Shown: positions 15,290 to 31,119, numbered from the stretch's first letter. The stretch: DNA of 64,000 nt from Octopus vulgaris (GCA_951406725.2 OX597839.1:20274001-20338000), one strand, 5' to 3'. Program-made: numbers and translations. Notes: a model not told the origin generated them from the sequence alone.

Positions 15290-16205
15290 CATTATTATTA
15301 TTATTATTAACAGCTCCTCGGTAAAACGCTGAACCGCATTTTTTCGAAGTCTGGGGTTGTAAGTTCAAATTCGGCAACGGTCGACTTTTCGTTTCATCCT
15401 TTCGTGGTCGATTAAATAAATACCAGTTCAAACTGGCTGTTCTTGTGAAATCGCCTTCAGATGTCGTTCTAGGAGTATGGAAATAATGTAAAATTACGTC
15501 AGTGGCTTGTTCACGGACGGAACGCTTTCAATCAGTACAGACATAAGGTTACATAAGAACAACGCCAACAACAAAAACTACAATTACTACCACTACTACT
15601 ACTACTTCTACTAACTATTGTTGCTAAAACTGCTGCTACCGCTGCTGCTGCTGCTGCACTGCTGCTGCTGCTGCTTCTGTTGCTGCTGATGATGATAGCG
15701 ATGATGATGAGATGATGATGATGATGATGATGACGACGACGACGATGATGAGGATGATGATGATGATACTACAGCTACCACTACAACTACTACTACTACT
15801 ACTACTTCCCCTACATATACTGCAATTACTAATAAAACTACTACTACCACTACTCCTATTACTACTACTACAACTCCTTCTAATACTACTACTACTACTA
15901 CTACTACTATTACAGTTCCTACGGACTACTTTTACTATTACTACTACTACAAAATGGATTTGCCTGCGTTTTTTTTTTGTGTGTTTTTTTCCAAGACCAG
16001 TGTTCATCAGAGCAGCTGATGATTCGAGTAGATGTTATGATGATCCAATTTAGTTGTAAAGATCTTGTACTCTTGTATACAACCGGCTATAAATATACTA
16101 TACATACCTTCAAATGCACACAATTACGGGCTGACCTGCATGTACGTATGTGTGTATATATACACTTGTATGTATGTGTGATATGTATGAGTATGGGTGT
16201 ATATA

Positions 16206-16252
<47 letters not shown>

Positions 16253-16271
16253 GTATATATATATATGTATA

Positions 16272-16314
<43 letters not shown>

Positions 16315-16475
16315 GCATATGCATATATATATATACATATATATATATATATTTAGGTAAACATCTAGATGTCTATATATATGTATATATATATGTGTGT
16401 GTGAGTGTGTATGCCGACACAGGTGTATATACTTGTATATATGTATATATACGTATGTATATATATGAATATACT

Positions 16476-16524
<49 letters not shown>

Positions 16525-16656
16525 TATACACGTGTGTGTGGATGGATACACTAAAATACTTGCAAATAAATATATTTATATAAATGCATTTGTGTGTATT
16601 TTTACGTGCGTGTATATATATATATATACACACACACACATATATATACGTATGTA

Positions 16657-16712
<56 letters not shown>

Positions 16713-17026
16713 TGTATGTGTATACGGCAATCCACGGCCTGCAGCGCTGGCAAACCCGACCCCTTTAACTACAAAAATCAAAAATAACAACCACCTGAAG
16801 CGTCAACGCTTCCAACCATTTCACCGGGACATCTTCCCTTCCTTCCACATCGAATCCCCTCGTCCTAACCCCTTCCAGGGATAGAATTAATATTCCCTCG
16901 TTGACATATGTTTTTATTCCTGATTTAGAAATACACCTACTAAATCTGTTGTGTCACTTGTATAAAACCAAATGCAAATCGCCGTTCGCAATTAAAATAT
17001 ATAGAATGCAGCGTAACGTGATATAG

Positions 17027-17132
<106 letters not shown>

Positions 17133-17228
17133 AAACTGCAATTAATACATATTATATACATACATGGATACAAAGATACAAACATATATAAATATACGTG
17201 CATGTATAATTATATATATACATATCTG

Positions 17229-17265
<37 letters not shown>

Positions 17266-17316
17266 GTAAATGCATATACATATATATATATATATGTATA
17301 TATATATATGTATATA

Positions 17317-17373
<57 letters not shown>

Positions 17374-17447
17374 ATACATGCTATAAACACACATATCTAC
17401 AGGTATGTACGTACATTGTATATATATATGTATATGTATGTATGTAC

Positions 17448-17481
<34 letters not shown>

Positions 17482-17527
17482 TGTATGTATATATATATAT
17501 ATATGTATATGTATGTTTGTATGTATA

Positions 17528-17588
<61 letters not shown>

Positions 17589-17664
17589 GTTCAAGAATGT
17601 GCATTTTTACGTGTTCGATTCTGAACGTGTGTACGTGTGTGGTTGCATGTGCGTAAGTGTATGT

Positions 17665-17709
<45 letters not shown>

Positions 17710-18426
17710 TGTTCATGTGCATTCTATCCCTCCGCTAAACACTGTACTCGTACTCACAATACACACATCGATACACACATGTATGCATGATGGTATAATG
17801 TGTATCCATCTATAGGTATACTTATGTATGTATGTATGTATGTATGTATGTATGTATGTATGTATGTATATATGTATGTATGTGTGTATGTATGTATGTA
17901 TGTATGTATGTATGCATGTACGTACGTACGTATGTATGTATGTATGTATGTATGTATGTATGTATGTATGTATGTATGTATGCATACGTGTCTTGAAAGA
18001 AACAATATATAACTCAGAACTTATTTGTTATTCATATACACTTATATGCAAACATATTTTTTAGGTCTGTCATAAGCTGTAGAGGTCATAAGCCCGCACC
18101 TTATTGGGGTTTGCATGCCATACATGTGACAACACCCTCCACCACGTACACAGAGCTGGGAAATGGTCCGTTGCCAAATCCATTCCCCAGTTATTGGTGA
18201 ACCTCTTTTGCAGGTGAGCGGACTGCGGCGACATGATATGAAGAGTTTTATTCCAGGATGTAAAGAACAACTCGGTCTAAGAATTGAAATCCCAAACGCG
18301 CATACTGGAAGAACTAGCCGATGCACCTTCGCACTCACGACCATTCAAACACAGATGCATACACACATCCATACACACACACACACACTCTCACATACAC
18401 ACATATTTACACACACACACACACAT

Positions 18427-18458
<32 letters not shown>

Positions 18459-18479
18459 CATGATAGATCGCTAGCCACT

Positions 18480-18628
18480 ACACACATTTTTTCTCTCCTT
18501 GTTTTTTCTGTGTCCCTTTCTGTAGAAGAGCGTAGGCTCGAGACGTAAAAGACTTTTTCCATTCCTGAGCGTTATACTAATACATCTGTTCGTTTTGTAC
18601 ATCACCTTTTGTTTTTTTCGTAAACTCT

Positions 18629-18631
<3 letters not shown>
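18480..18631 (+). mobile_element. Penelope-like terminal-repeat fragment with a degenerate hammerhead motif
   Basis: ccttt-ctgtagaa-gagc-gtag-gctc-gagac-gta-aaag; homologous to 377-540; followed by (TA)n. Confidence 0.55.
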
Positions 18632-18685
<54 letters not shown>

Positions 18686-18689
18686 AAGC

Positions 18690-19067
<378 letters not shown>

Positions 19068-20104
19068 AAATTCAATGCGTTTATATTTGGATATATTTAT
19101 ATGTACTCGCATTTTTGTGCATGCTTTTCTGAGGATATGTATGAATATTTTCATCTATTTCGCCCAGTATTTTTCGCTGACGAAGGGAAAGTCAATAGAC
19201 TATCCCAGAAACCCAACAATCCAAAACTAATTCAATTGTTTTGTGAATTATTAGCCAGCTTACTTTCCCGCTTAAACATTGTGTATTTAATTCTGGAGTG
19301 AATATTTCAAAAGGCAGGACGTATTCGGCGCGGTTTTTACAGCATATAGGCATAATAGCTTTTGTACCCCTAAGTATAATTGTACCCTATACAGTTATAT
19401 ATCTTTGTGTATATATTATATATAATGTACTGATCCGTGAAGAAAATGTACTCCAATGGATCGAATAAATGTAGACTTAGTTTGGCTGAAAGAGAACAGA
19501 TCCTATTCAGATCTCAGATCCATAACTCTCTATTGAACTCCAGGTCAGAAATATTCAGTGGTTGCATGCATATATATAAATATATTCTAAACAATTGGAG
19601 AATTCCGCCTATAACTGAATGACTTGATATCTTTCCAGCCTTATCATTTCAGGTCTAAGGTGGATAGATCTTTTACCTTTTTACTTTCTATTTGTTACAT
19701 TTTAGTTTCTGTTTTTCGTTTTCCGCTTTTCGTTTCCCGTTGTTCACTGCCTGCGTTTTCTATATGCTGCCTACTTAGTTTATTTCGCGTTTCTTCTGCT
19801 GTTCAATTTCTATAGTTGGTTATAGAATGTGGTTTGCGCCCGAAGAATATGTTTGTGTTCTCTCAACATATGAATCTATTGGTAGTGCTTTAATGCATGC
19901 ATTGTGACCTTAAATAAATAAGTCCTGGGGTTGATTTGCTCGACTAAAGGCGGTGCTCCAGCATGGCCGCAGTCAAATGACTGAGACAAGTAAAAGAGTA
20001 AAAGAGTATATATGTATAAACGCATGCGTGGTTGTATGGTAAAAAGATTGCTTCCTGTCGGCATGGATGGTTGCGGGTGTGGATCAGAGCATAGATAGAT
20101 AGAT

Positions 20105-20175
<71 letters not shown>

Positions 20176-20180
20176 TAGAT

Positions 20181-20458
20181 TTGTTTCTTTATTAGCCACA
20201 CAGGGCTGCACACAGACGGGACATATTACAAAGTAGAGCTTTTCCTTTTGGAGGTGGAGTAGGTCTTCAATCAAAAAGGATCGTAAAAAAAAGAAAAGAA
20301 AAGAAACGATCAATAGGGATCGTGTATCACAGAAATGTCATGATGTAAAGTGTAAAAGGGATAGCAGATAAGGTTTATCCGCGGAAAGAAAAGCCTACGG
20401 AAAAGACCACGGTAACCTCGGTCAATAATGTTACATGTTACCACATTTGTTTGCAAGT
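20181..20458 (-). mobile_element. Tx1-family 3' UTR fragment
   Basis: tttattagccacacagggctgcacacag..gaaaagaccacggtaacctc shared with 9597-9845; GATA/GACA repeats on both sides. Confidence 0.85.
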
Positions 20459-20462
20459 AGGT

Positions 20463-20575
<113 letters not shown>

Positions 20576-20582
20576 CAGATAG

Positions 20583-20887
20583 AGTTTCTTTAGCCACACA
20601 GGGCTGCACACAGAGTTACAAGGAGCTTTTCTTTTGGGGGAGAAAAAACAAAAAAACAAAAGAAACAAAGAAAAGATAGATCAAGAGGGATAAAAGGAAG
20701 AAAAGAACAAAAAATAAATAAATAAATAAAATAAAAAAGAAAAAAGAAAAGAGAAATAGAAAAATGGGGAAAAAAGGGAAGAGAAAAAACAGACAGACGT
20801 GTAGACAGTGTTAGACTTAAAAGGAAACAAGTAAGTTTATCCGTGGGAAGAAAACTACGAAAAAGACCATAGATATTGTTGACCAAT

Positions 20888-20889
<2 letters not shown>
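20583..20889 (-). mobile_element. Tx1-family 3' UTR fragment
   Basis: Same terminus; (GATA)n on both sides. Confidence 0.8.
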
Positions 20890-20956
<67 letters not shown>

Positions 20957-21380
20957 CAGAATGTATGGAATTGTGAAAGAATACCGTAAGAGGAGGTAAA
21001 AATTCTATGAAGGCCACAAGACTTCTGAAGTTGAAAAAAGTCAGACAGCAACACTGATAGTAATCAGTCATATATTACACTTTCGCATGTTCATGCATAT
21101 ATTTATACATGCATACACAGACAGAATCAAGAACACGCATATACACACGCCCATACAATCATACACGCGTATACATATACACAAACCAATGAATACAACA
21201 CATATGCACGCATATGGCCTCCAGCCAAATAGAAGCGCCACGAGAAATGAGTAACGCTCGAAGCGGGAACCGGTCATTTTATGACACAGAATATATATAT
21301 GTGTGTGTGTGTGTATGTATATATTGAATATATATACATACACATACATACATATATATAGAGAGAGAGAGACAGAGAGA

Positions 21381-21441
<61 letters not shown>

Positions 21442-21455
21442 GAGAGGAGAGAGGG

Positions 21456-21486
<31 letters not shown>

Positions 21487-21649
21487 CTTCTATGTATATA
21501 TAATTAGACAGATACGTGTGCGATATTAATATGCCTATAAATGTATGTATATATGCGTGTGTCACCATATATAGATGCTTTTTCTGTATATGTATGTATG
21601 CACATATATGCATACAGGTATATATTTGTATGTGAATGTGCACATCTAT

Positions 21650-22180
21650 CCATCCATCCATCCATCCATACATGCATACATACATACATAAATACATACA
21701 CACATGCATACATATATATATACATAAATACATACACACGTGCATACATATATATATATACATACATACACACACAACTACATACATATACACATACATA
21801 CATGCACGCATACATACATACATACATGCATACATGCATACATACATGCACGCATACATACATACAAACATTCATACACACATGCAAACATACATGCATA
21901 CACGCATGCATACATACATAAATGCATGCATACATACGTATGTAAATACATGCATACATATACAGACATGCAAACACGCACACGCGCATATACATACATG
22001 CATATATACATATATATACATACGTTCATACATACATACGTTCATGCATACATGCATACGTTCACAAATACATACATATATACATGCATACATACACACA
22101 TACATTCACACATACATACGTTCACACATACGTTCACACATACATACATACATACATACATACATACATACATACGTACA

Positions 22181-22212
<32 letters not shown>

Positions 22213-22224
22213 CATATACATACA

Positions 22225-22260
<36 letters not shown>

Positions 22261-22382
22261 TACATACGTTCATACATACATACATATATATACATACATA
22301 CATACGTTCACACACACATACGTTCATACATATATACATGCATACGTTCACACATACATACATACATACATACATACATACA

Positions 22383-22428
<46 letters not shown>

Positions 22429-22504
22429 CATACGTTCATACACACATACATATATATACATACATACATACATACATACATACATACATACATACACACA
22501 TACA

Positions 22505-22540
<36 letters not shown>

Positions 22541-22595
22541 TACATACATACATACATACATACATACACACATACATACATACACACATCATACA

Positions 22596-22641
<46 letters not shown>

Positions 22642-22703
22642 CATACGTTCATACATACATACATATATATATACATACATACATACGTTCACACACACAT
22701 ACG

Positions 22704-22737
<34 letters not shown>

Positions 22738-22780
22738 CATGCATACGTTCACGCATACATACGTTCATACGCACATACAT
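21650..22780. repeat. Degenerate (TACA)n field of about 1.1 kb
   Basis: Directly visible; recurrent tacgttca variant. Confidence 0.9.
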
Positions 22781-23001
22781 TAATAGATAGAGACTCACGT
22801 ACGTCGACAGAGGAATGAATGAAGACATACTTGGCTGACAGTTCTCGGGGCAGCTGTTGATTTTGTGATTTCATTCATCTCCGCCATCTTAACACATTAC
22901 ACCGACATCAATTATCACAGCATCGTGATATCCAGAAGCAGCTCTATCTCTCGCATATGTATGAAATACTTAGCACCACACACACACACACACACATACT
23001 C

Positions 23002-23040
<39 letters not shown>

Positions 23041-23134
23041 TGCATGCATACATACACAAACACACACGGATTCGGGCACACATGCGCGCACACACACATT
23101 CACATACAACCCTCCATATATATATATATACATA

Positions 23135-23205
<71 letters not shown>

Positions 23206-23261
23206 TATATACAGATATATATACATTTACATATATTTATACATGCACACAAATGTATGTG

Positions 23262-23369
<108 letters not shown>

Positions 23370-23541
23370 GTATTTATATACATAAATACATTATATATAT
23401 TACATATGGCATATATGTATATACATATATATGTGTATGCATATACGTTTTATATATACATGCATACATATATACATACACACATTGATATGTGTATGTA
23501 CGTGGTTAGTACATATTCATATATATAAATGCCTATATATA

Positions 23542-23612
<71 letters not shown>

Positions 23613-23667
23613 TATATAGAAGGACTACAGGACTAGAACTGTTTCATTCAAGAGAAATCTTCAGGAA

Positions 23668-23729
<62 letters not shown>

Positions 23730-24171
23730 GTATATGTATATGTTCAAGGCTTTTCTGTATTCCATTACTCGTTAACAATGAAAGAGCAGCGGTAAAATAA
23801 CACTAAAATCCATCCAATGTTACGAAAAGGTGAATGCTGTCACATGACTTTTTCCCGCTCAAACAAGATAACACTTTTAGTCTATTTAGCATATGGGATA
23901 TCGTTAGATTAGAACTTAATACCGCTGATAGTGTTGGTATGCAGGACGAACGAGTGAATGGATGGATGGATGGATGGATGGAAGAAGGGAAGGAGGAATT
24001 GGGAATGAGGGATAGAGGGAGAGAAAGAGCGAGGTAGTCAGAGAGAGATGAATGAATAAGCGGATAGGTGAGTGTACAGGTGGATAAATGAGATAGATGG
24101 ATGGCTGGTGTGTTTGGATGGATGGATTGATCGATCGATCGATTGATTGATTGATTGATTGGATGATCGAT

Positions 24172-24269
<98 letters not shown>

Positions 24270-24369
24270 ATTGATTGATTGATTGACTGATTGATGGATG
24301 CTTGCATGCATGTCTAGATTGATTCTGAAAATGCTATGCTCTTTTGGTTTTAGTTATTCTTACATTCAT

Positions 24370-24830
24370 TTATTCTTTTACGTGTTTCAGTCCTTTGATT
24401 GCGGCCATGCCGGAGCAACACCCAGAAGGGTTTTTTAGTGGAATAAATCAACCCCGGGACTTATTTTTGTTAAACCTAGTACTTATTCTATCGGTCTCTT
24501 CAGCGAAACCGCTAACTTACGGGGATACGTAAACACACCAACATTGGCGAACTGACTGAAACATTAGCCCGCCGGGCGAAATGCTTAGAGGTATTTCGTC
24601 TGCCGTTACGTTATGTTCTGAGTTCAAATTCCACCGACGTTGACTTTGACTTTCATCCTTTCGGGGTCGATAAATTAAGTACCAGTTACGCACTGGGGTC
24701 GATGTAATCGACTTAATCCCTTTGTCAGTCCTTGTTTGTCCCCTCTATGTTTAGCCCCTTGTGGGTAATAAATAAATATGAAACATGACTTGTCAAGCGA
24801 TGGTGGGATGACAGAGACACAAAGACATAC
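24370..24830. mobile_element. SINE family 1 (minus) interrupted by SINE family 2 (plus, about 24563-24778)
   Basis: The family 1 body stops after gtaaacacaccaacattgg and resumes at ttgtcaagcgatgg near 24790. Confidence 0.7.
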
Positions 24831-24957
24831 ATACATGAATATATACGTGTTTCAGTCATTCGATTGCGGCCATTCCGGAGCACCACCTAGATATAGACAC
24901 ATATATATATAGTCTTTAAATTCTTTAAAGTTTCAGCTTTAAAACTGCGGTCATGCT

Positions 24958-25013
<56 letters not shown>

Positions 25014-25094
25014 TATACATATATATATACATACGTATATATACATATATATATACATATATAAATACATATATATATATACATATATATATAC

Positions 25095-25210
<116 letters not shown>

Positions 25211-25237
25211 CATATATATATACATATATATATATAC

Positions 25238-25272
<35 letters not shown>

Positions 25273-26124
25273 CATATATATACATGTATATATATACATA
25301 TATATATATATGTATATATATATACATACATATATATATACATATATATATATATATCATATAGATATACATATATATATCCATACATTTGTTTGAATGT
25401 ATGTATATCTGAATGAATGGGCGGACGGATGGATGGGTGACTAGGTGGAAGGGAGGACGGATGGATGGGTGACTGGACAGATAGACAGATGGATATATAT
25501 GTAGATGAGTGGGTGGAATGGATGGAAGGATCTGTAGCTGGGTTTCGCTATCGAACTGCAATGAGACTTTCGACTTACTGATTGGTTTCTAAAGCTATGT
25601 AAATTTGGGTGATGGCATGGGGTAAATGGCTGGCCGGCTGGTTAGCTAGCTAGCTGGCTGGCTGGTTAGCTGGTTGGGGTATCGGGGTGGGTTTTCTGCC
25701 TCTACGGATGACCGAGTAGTCGAATTGAATAGAAGGATTATATTGAATGGAAAAACTTACAGCCACACAGACAGACACACGCCGATACAACGCAATAACA
25801 TACAACGGAAACATCACAAAGACACACAGACACACTTTGTGACACACAGACACACAGATGCATACATGTGCCGCATACATAAACTCACATAAACCCCAGA
25901 AGAACATTGGGAAGCTGTTCGGCTTCTAAGACAGTGTGTTAACAAGGCCAAGTTTCCGTCCTTCACCGTCTACCGTTCCAACAACAGGAACACAACATTA
26001 CAGCATAGCATACCATTGACGTTGGCATTCAGCCGGAACGAAACCGTGTGTGTGGAATTAATTGTGTGCACAATGGACGAGAGAGGGGGTGAAAAGAGAG
26101 AGAGAGTATAGTGGCCATATTGAA

Positions 26125-26190
<66 letters not shown>

Positions 26191-27799
26191 GATGGTAATG
26201 GTGGCTGTGATAATCGTGGTAATAATGGTGATGGTTCTGGTGGTGGTTAGGGTGATGATAACGGTGATGATGGCAGTGGTGGGGTGGTGATGGTGGCGGT
26301 GATAAGAGTGGGGATTATGGTGGTGGTGGTGGTGGTGATGGTGGTGGTGGTGGTGGTGGCAGTGGTAGTGATGGTGCTGATGGCGGTGATAAGGGTGGTT
26401 GTGATGATGATGGTGGTGGTGATGATAATGTCTATGGTGGTGGTGGTTATTCTGTAAGTAATGTTGCTGCAGCTTACAGTCGGAGTGGTAGAGATGATGT
26501 TGGGTGAGGGGAGGAGGTAGAGATGTTAGTGGAACGGTTGTGGTAGTAGTGATGGTCGTGGTGTGGGACGGTGTAAGGTTGTCGTAATAACATTGATGCT
26601 GGTGATGACGACGCCGACGACCACGACCAACGACGATGACGATGATGGTGAAGAAGAAGAAGAAGAAGAAGAAGAAGAAGAAGAAGAAGAAGAAGAAGAA
26701 GAAGAAGAAGAAGAAGAAGAAGAAGAAGAAGAAAACGACAAGAACGATGGTAATGAAGAGGAGGGGAAGGTGGAGGAAGAGGTGGAAGAAGATAACAAAA
26801 TGGCCGCTGACACATTGGCTGTTTAAAATAATGACGTCATTTCATCGACGGTGATGGTGATGGTGATGGTGATGGTGATGGTGATACTGATGGTCATGAT
26901 GCTAGTGGCGATTGCGGTGGTGGTAGAGGTGGTGGTGGTGGTGCTGCTGAAGACGATTGTTGGGTTGGTAATGGGTGTTTGTAATTGCGGTTGGAATTGA
27001 TAACGTCACGGTGGTTGTATTGGTGGTAGTGGTGGTGCTGCTGCTGCTGCTACTGGTGGTGGTGCTCGTGATTGGAGTGGTGGTGGTGGTGGTGGTGGTG
27101 GTGGTGGTAGTGGCGATGTCGGTGGTGGTTTTGGTGGTAGTGGTGATTGTAGTGGTGATGGTGGTAGTAGTGGTGGCGGTGATGGTAGTGGCAGTGGCGG
27201 TCGTGGTGTTGGTGGTGGTGCTGTTTGTAGTGGTGGTGGTGGTGGCGGTGGTGGGGATTGTAGTGGTGGTAGTGGTGGGGTTGGGGGTGGGGTGGTGATG
27301 GTAGTGGCGGTGGAGGTGGTGGTAGTGGTGGTAATGGCGGTAGCGGTGGTGGTGGAGGTGGCAATAGTGGTGGTGAGTGTAGTTGTGGTGGTGGTGGTGG
27401 TCTTAGTGATAGTTGTAGCGGTGGTGACTGTGATTGTAGTGATGTTGGTGGGGGTGGTGTTGCTGGTGGTGGTGGTTGTAGTTGAATATTCATTGATTTT
27501 AACCCCAGATCAGTACTCATCTTGCCGTTGTATGAACAACCAGCGCATTCCAGCCATGACCTTCCCACCTTTTTGGAATACCAGAGAGCCTTATCCAATC
27601 TGTTCTCAGTTGTTTAGACAGTGCAATATAAGGCAAAATTTAGCTGCTATTTCTTGCGCATTAAGTGAGCATGAAGGTAAAACTTACTTGCAAGAGGATG
27701 CGTTGCATTCCATCATATAATAATACAAATAATATATATATATATATATATGCGGTGCTCCAGCATGGCCACAGTCAAATGACTGAAACAAGTAAAAGA

Positions 27800-27846
<47 letters not shown>

Positions 27847-27849
<3 letters not shown>

Positions 27850-28025
27850 GGCACAGGACGTCACGAAATGTGTACAACAAAAAATGCGAAGTACGAGTAC
27901 ATGGAATCTGAACTATTTTTTCGAACAACGAAAGGATCAAATAGAAAGCAAAACAAACAACATAAAAGATGACCCTTCATCAGTTGTCGGCTGTTTTGTC
28001 TACTCTCGTGACGTCCTGTGCCCAC
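27847..28025. mobile_element. 179-bp element with perfect 20-bp inverted termini inside (TA)n
   Basis: gtgggcacaggacgtcacga ... tcgtgacgtcctgtgcccac; the interior (gacccttcatcagttg) is related to 55300-55420. Confidence 0.8.
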
Positions 28026-28029
28026 ATAT

Positions 28030-28167
<138 letters not shown>

Positions 28168-28240
28168 GTATAGATGTATGTACATATATGTATGTATATA
28201 TATATATATATACGTATAGATGTATGTACATATATGTATG

Positions 28241-28289
<49 letters not shown>

Positions 28290-28316
28290 GTATAGATGTA
28301 TGTACATATATGTATG

Positions 28317-28389
<73 letters not shown>

Positions 28390-29017
28390 CGGACTTCTTT
28401 CAGTTTCCATCTACCAAATTCATCACAAGGCTTTGGTTGGCCCAAGGCTATAGAAGAAGACATTTACCCATGGTGCCACGCTGTGGGACTGAACCCCGGA
28501 ACCATGTGGTTGGTAAGCAAGCTTCTTACCACATAGCCACGCATGCGGCTGCGGCAGTAGTTGTAGTTTGCTGACGTTTATCTTCAAGTGAACCTAGATC
28601 GGTAAAACAGATGACGAAAGACATTCCATCTGTGGCCATCACGTCTTATAATGACGTGCAACAAATCAGCAAATTATTCTAAAGTTTAAGAACTTAACGT
28701 GAAACTTCTAAGGAAAATTTAGCTACTCTTTCTTGCATGCTGAGTAACAATGAAGGGGCCACCTCATTGGTTCCTAGTGGTTGTAGTAATATAGTATAGG
28801 CGGTGGTTGTGGTTGCGGTTGTGATTGTGATTTTGGTGTGGAGTTGGTATTGGCAGTGGGTGCAGGATTGAGGCCATGGTAAGAACGGACTGGAAGTGAT
28901 TTTGTAGTTGCTCTTATTGGCCAAGGTGATTAAAGAGTGGTGGTTGTGGTGGTGGTGGTGGTAATTATGGTGACGGTGATAATAGTGGTGGTGGTTATAG
29001 TGATGGTGGTAGTGTTG

Positions 29018-29049
<32 letters not shown>

Positions 29050-29154
29050 GGTGGTGGTTGTGGTGGAGGTGGTGGTGATAATGGTGGTGGTGGTATGCTG
29101 ATAGTATTGTTGTTGTTATTGGCAACGGTGGTGGTAGTGATGGTGGTAGAGTTG

Positions 29155-29188
<34 letters not shown>

Positions 29189-29877
29189 TGGTGGTGGTGA
29201 TGATGGTGTTGCTGCTGGTCTTGGTGGCGCTGGTGGTGGTGCTGGCGGTGATGACGGTCGCGCAGGGTAATGATGGTGTTGGCGATGGTGGTAGCGAGTG
29301 TTGATAGTGATGGTGACGGTGACGGTGATGGTGGTGGCAATGCTGGAGGTGGCTAGCAACGGCGGTGGTGGTGGTGTCTGATAGTAGAGTGGTGGTGGTG
29401 GTGGTTGCGGTGGTGCTAATGGTGCATGCTTATTTCAAACGTGTGATGTAATCATACGTAGGTGTGGCAATAGTACTTTGTTTCATAATAGAGGCTTTGT
29501 CTTCTCTTTAAAGTAGCGCGTGGGCGGAGATGATGATGATGATGATGATGATGACGACGAAGATGATGATGATGATGATAATGAGGATGATGATGATGAA
29601 GAATTCGAGACAATTGCCCTTTTGATGATACTACTACTACCACTACTACTACTACTACTACTACTAGTAGTAGTAGTAGTAGTAGTAGTAGTAGAGATAT
29701 CACGTCGGTGAAAGTCATATCGATGCTGGAATGGGTAGTCAATGTTGTTGTTGTTATTCTTGTTTTTCTTCTTCTTCCCCACCTTCTTCTTCTTCTTCTT
29801 CTTCTTCTTCTTCTTCTTCTTCTGCTTCTTCTTCTTCCACTTCATCTTCATTTAAAATTTATTATCATCATTTAGAC

Positions 29878-30500
29878 AGTGAGCTGGCAGAATTGTTTGC
29901 ACGCCGAACAAAATGTTAAGCAGCATTTCGTCCGTGTTTGTGTTCTGAGTTCAAAGTCCGCCGAGGTCGACTTTGCTTTTCATCCTTTTGGAACCAATGA
30001 AATTAGAACCCGTCAAGTCCGGGTGTCGATGTAATCGACTAGCCCCCTCCCTCAAAATTATTGGCCTTGTATCAAAATTTGAAACCAATTGTTAAGTTGC
30101 TATACAAAATGCTTAGCAACAGTTCGTCGGTCTTTACGTTCTGAGTTCAAATTCCACCGAGGTCGATTTTTTATTTTTATCCTTCGGGGTACGTAAACTA
30201 TGTACCAATCAAGTACCGAAATCGATGTAATCAACTCATCACCCAGCTCCAAAAAATAATTGCTGACCTCGTGACAAAATTTGAATTCATTATCATCATT
30301 ATTAAGACAGCAAAGTGGCAGAATCGTGCAAAATGCTCGACAGCATTTCATGTGTCTTTATTTTCTGAGTTCAAATTCCGTCGAGGTCGGCATTGCATTT
30401 CATCCTTTCCAGTTCAATGAAATAAGTACCGGTAAAGTAATCCCAATCGACTTAACATTTACCCCAAAATTGCTGGCTTTGTGCCTAAAGTAGAAACGAT
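29878..30500 (+). mobile_element. Three degraded tandem SINE family 2 copies
   Basis: ttctgagttcaaa..ccg.cgaggtcg at about 29945, 30140 and 30365. Confidence 0.75.
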
Positions 30501-30563
30501 TATTGATATTTTTCATAATTTTCAAAAATTAGGTCAGGGTCTTAAATACCGTGAAATAATCTT

Positions 30564-30623
<60 letters not shown>

Positions 30624-30835
30624 GTGAAATAGAAAGAGAATAATCTTGTAGTAGATTAATCTTGTAGTAGATTTTTCCAACGGATTTCCTATTTTCTTCC
30701 TGAAGAGAAAGACACAATATGGTCCCATTATTCAATCGGATTTTGGTAAATTGTGCCTTTCGAAACACGTGTAGAATGAAATAAAACGATTTCTGTTCAA
30801 TCTGCGTTCAGCTCCATTTCTTCAATTTACCAATA

Positions 30836-30905
<70 letters not shown>

Positions 30906-30938
30906 TGTATGTATGTATGTATGTATGTGTGTATCTAT

Positions 30939-31119
30939 AATGTTGTTATCGATCTATTATATTCAAAGTAGGCATTGCATACCTTGACTACCTAGCCACC
31001 ACGTCCCTGATTTATATAAATATATAAATATATATATATATAAATATATATAAATTAGGGACGTGCTGCCTATGTAGGCGAGATGTCTACCTTGAATAAA
31101 ATACATCACTAGCAACATT
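30939..31119. repeat. Imperfect inverted repeat (about 70-bp arms) around an AT-only loop
   Basis: aatgttgttatcgatc..tattcaaagtaggcat..cacgtccctgattta pairs with taaattagggacgtg..atgtctaccttgaata..ctagcaacatt. Confidence 0.75.

Noticed and set aside
18060-18350. Possible host exon
   Set aside because: Complex sequence, but no frame gave a recognisable protein or consistent splice sites; needs BLASTX.
21636-22818. ORFs of 244-384 aa made of HTYI repeats (also all YI, CV and LSIY ORFs)
   Set aside because: Stop-free microsatellite translations in several frames at once.
26062-27500. Poly-D/E/G/V/P/H ORFs (also 2000-4090 and 28694-29919)
   Set aside because: Triplet-repeat fields open in multiple frames, with no supported splice structure.
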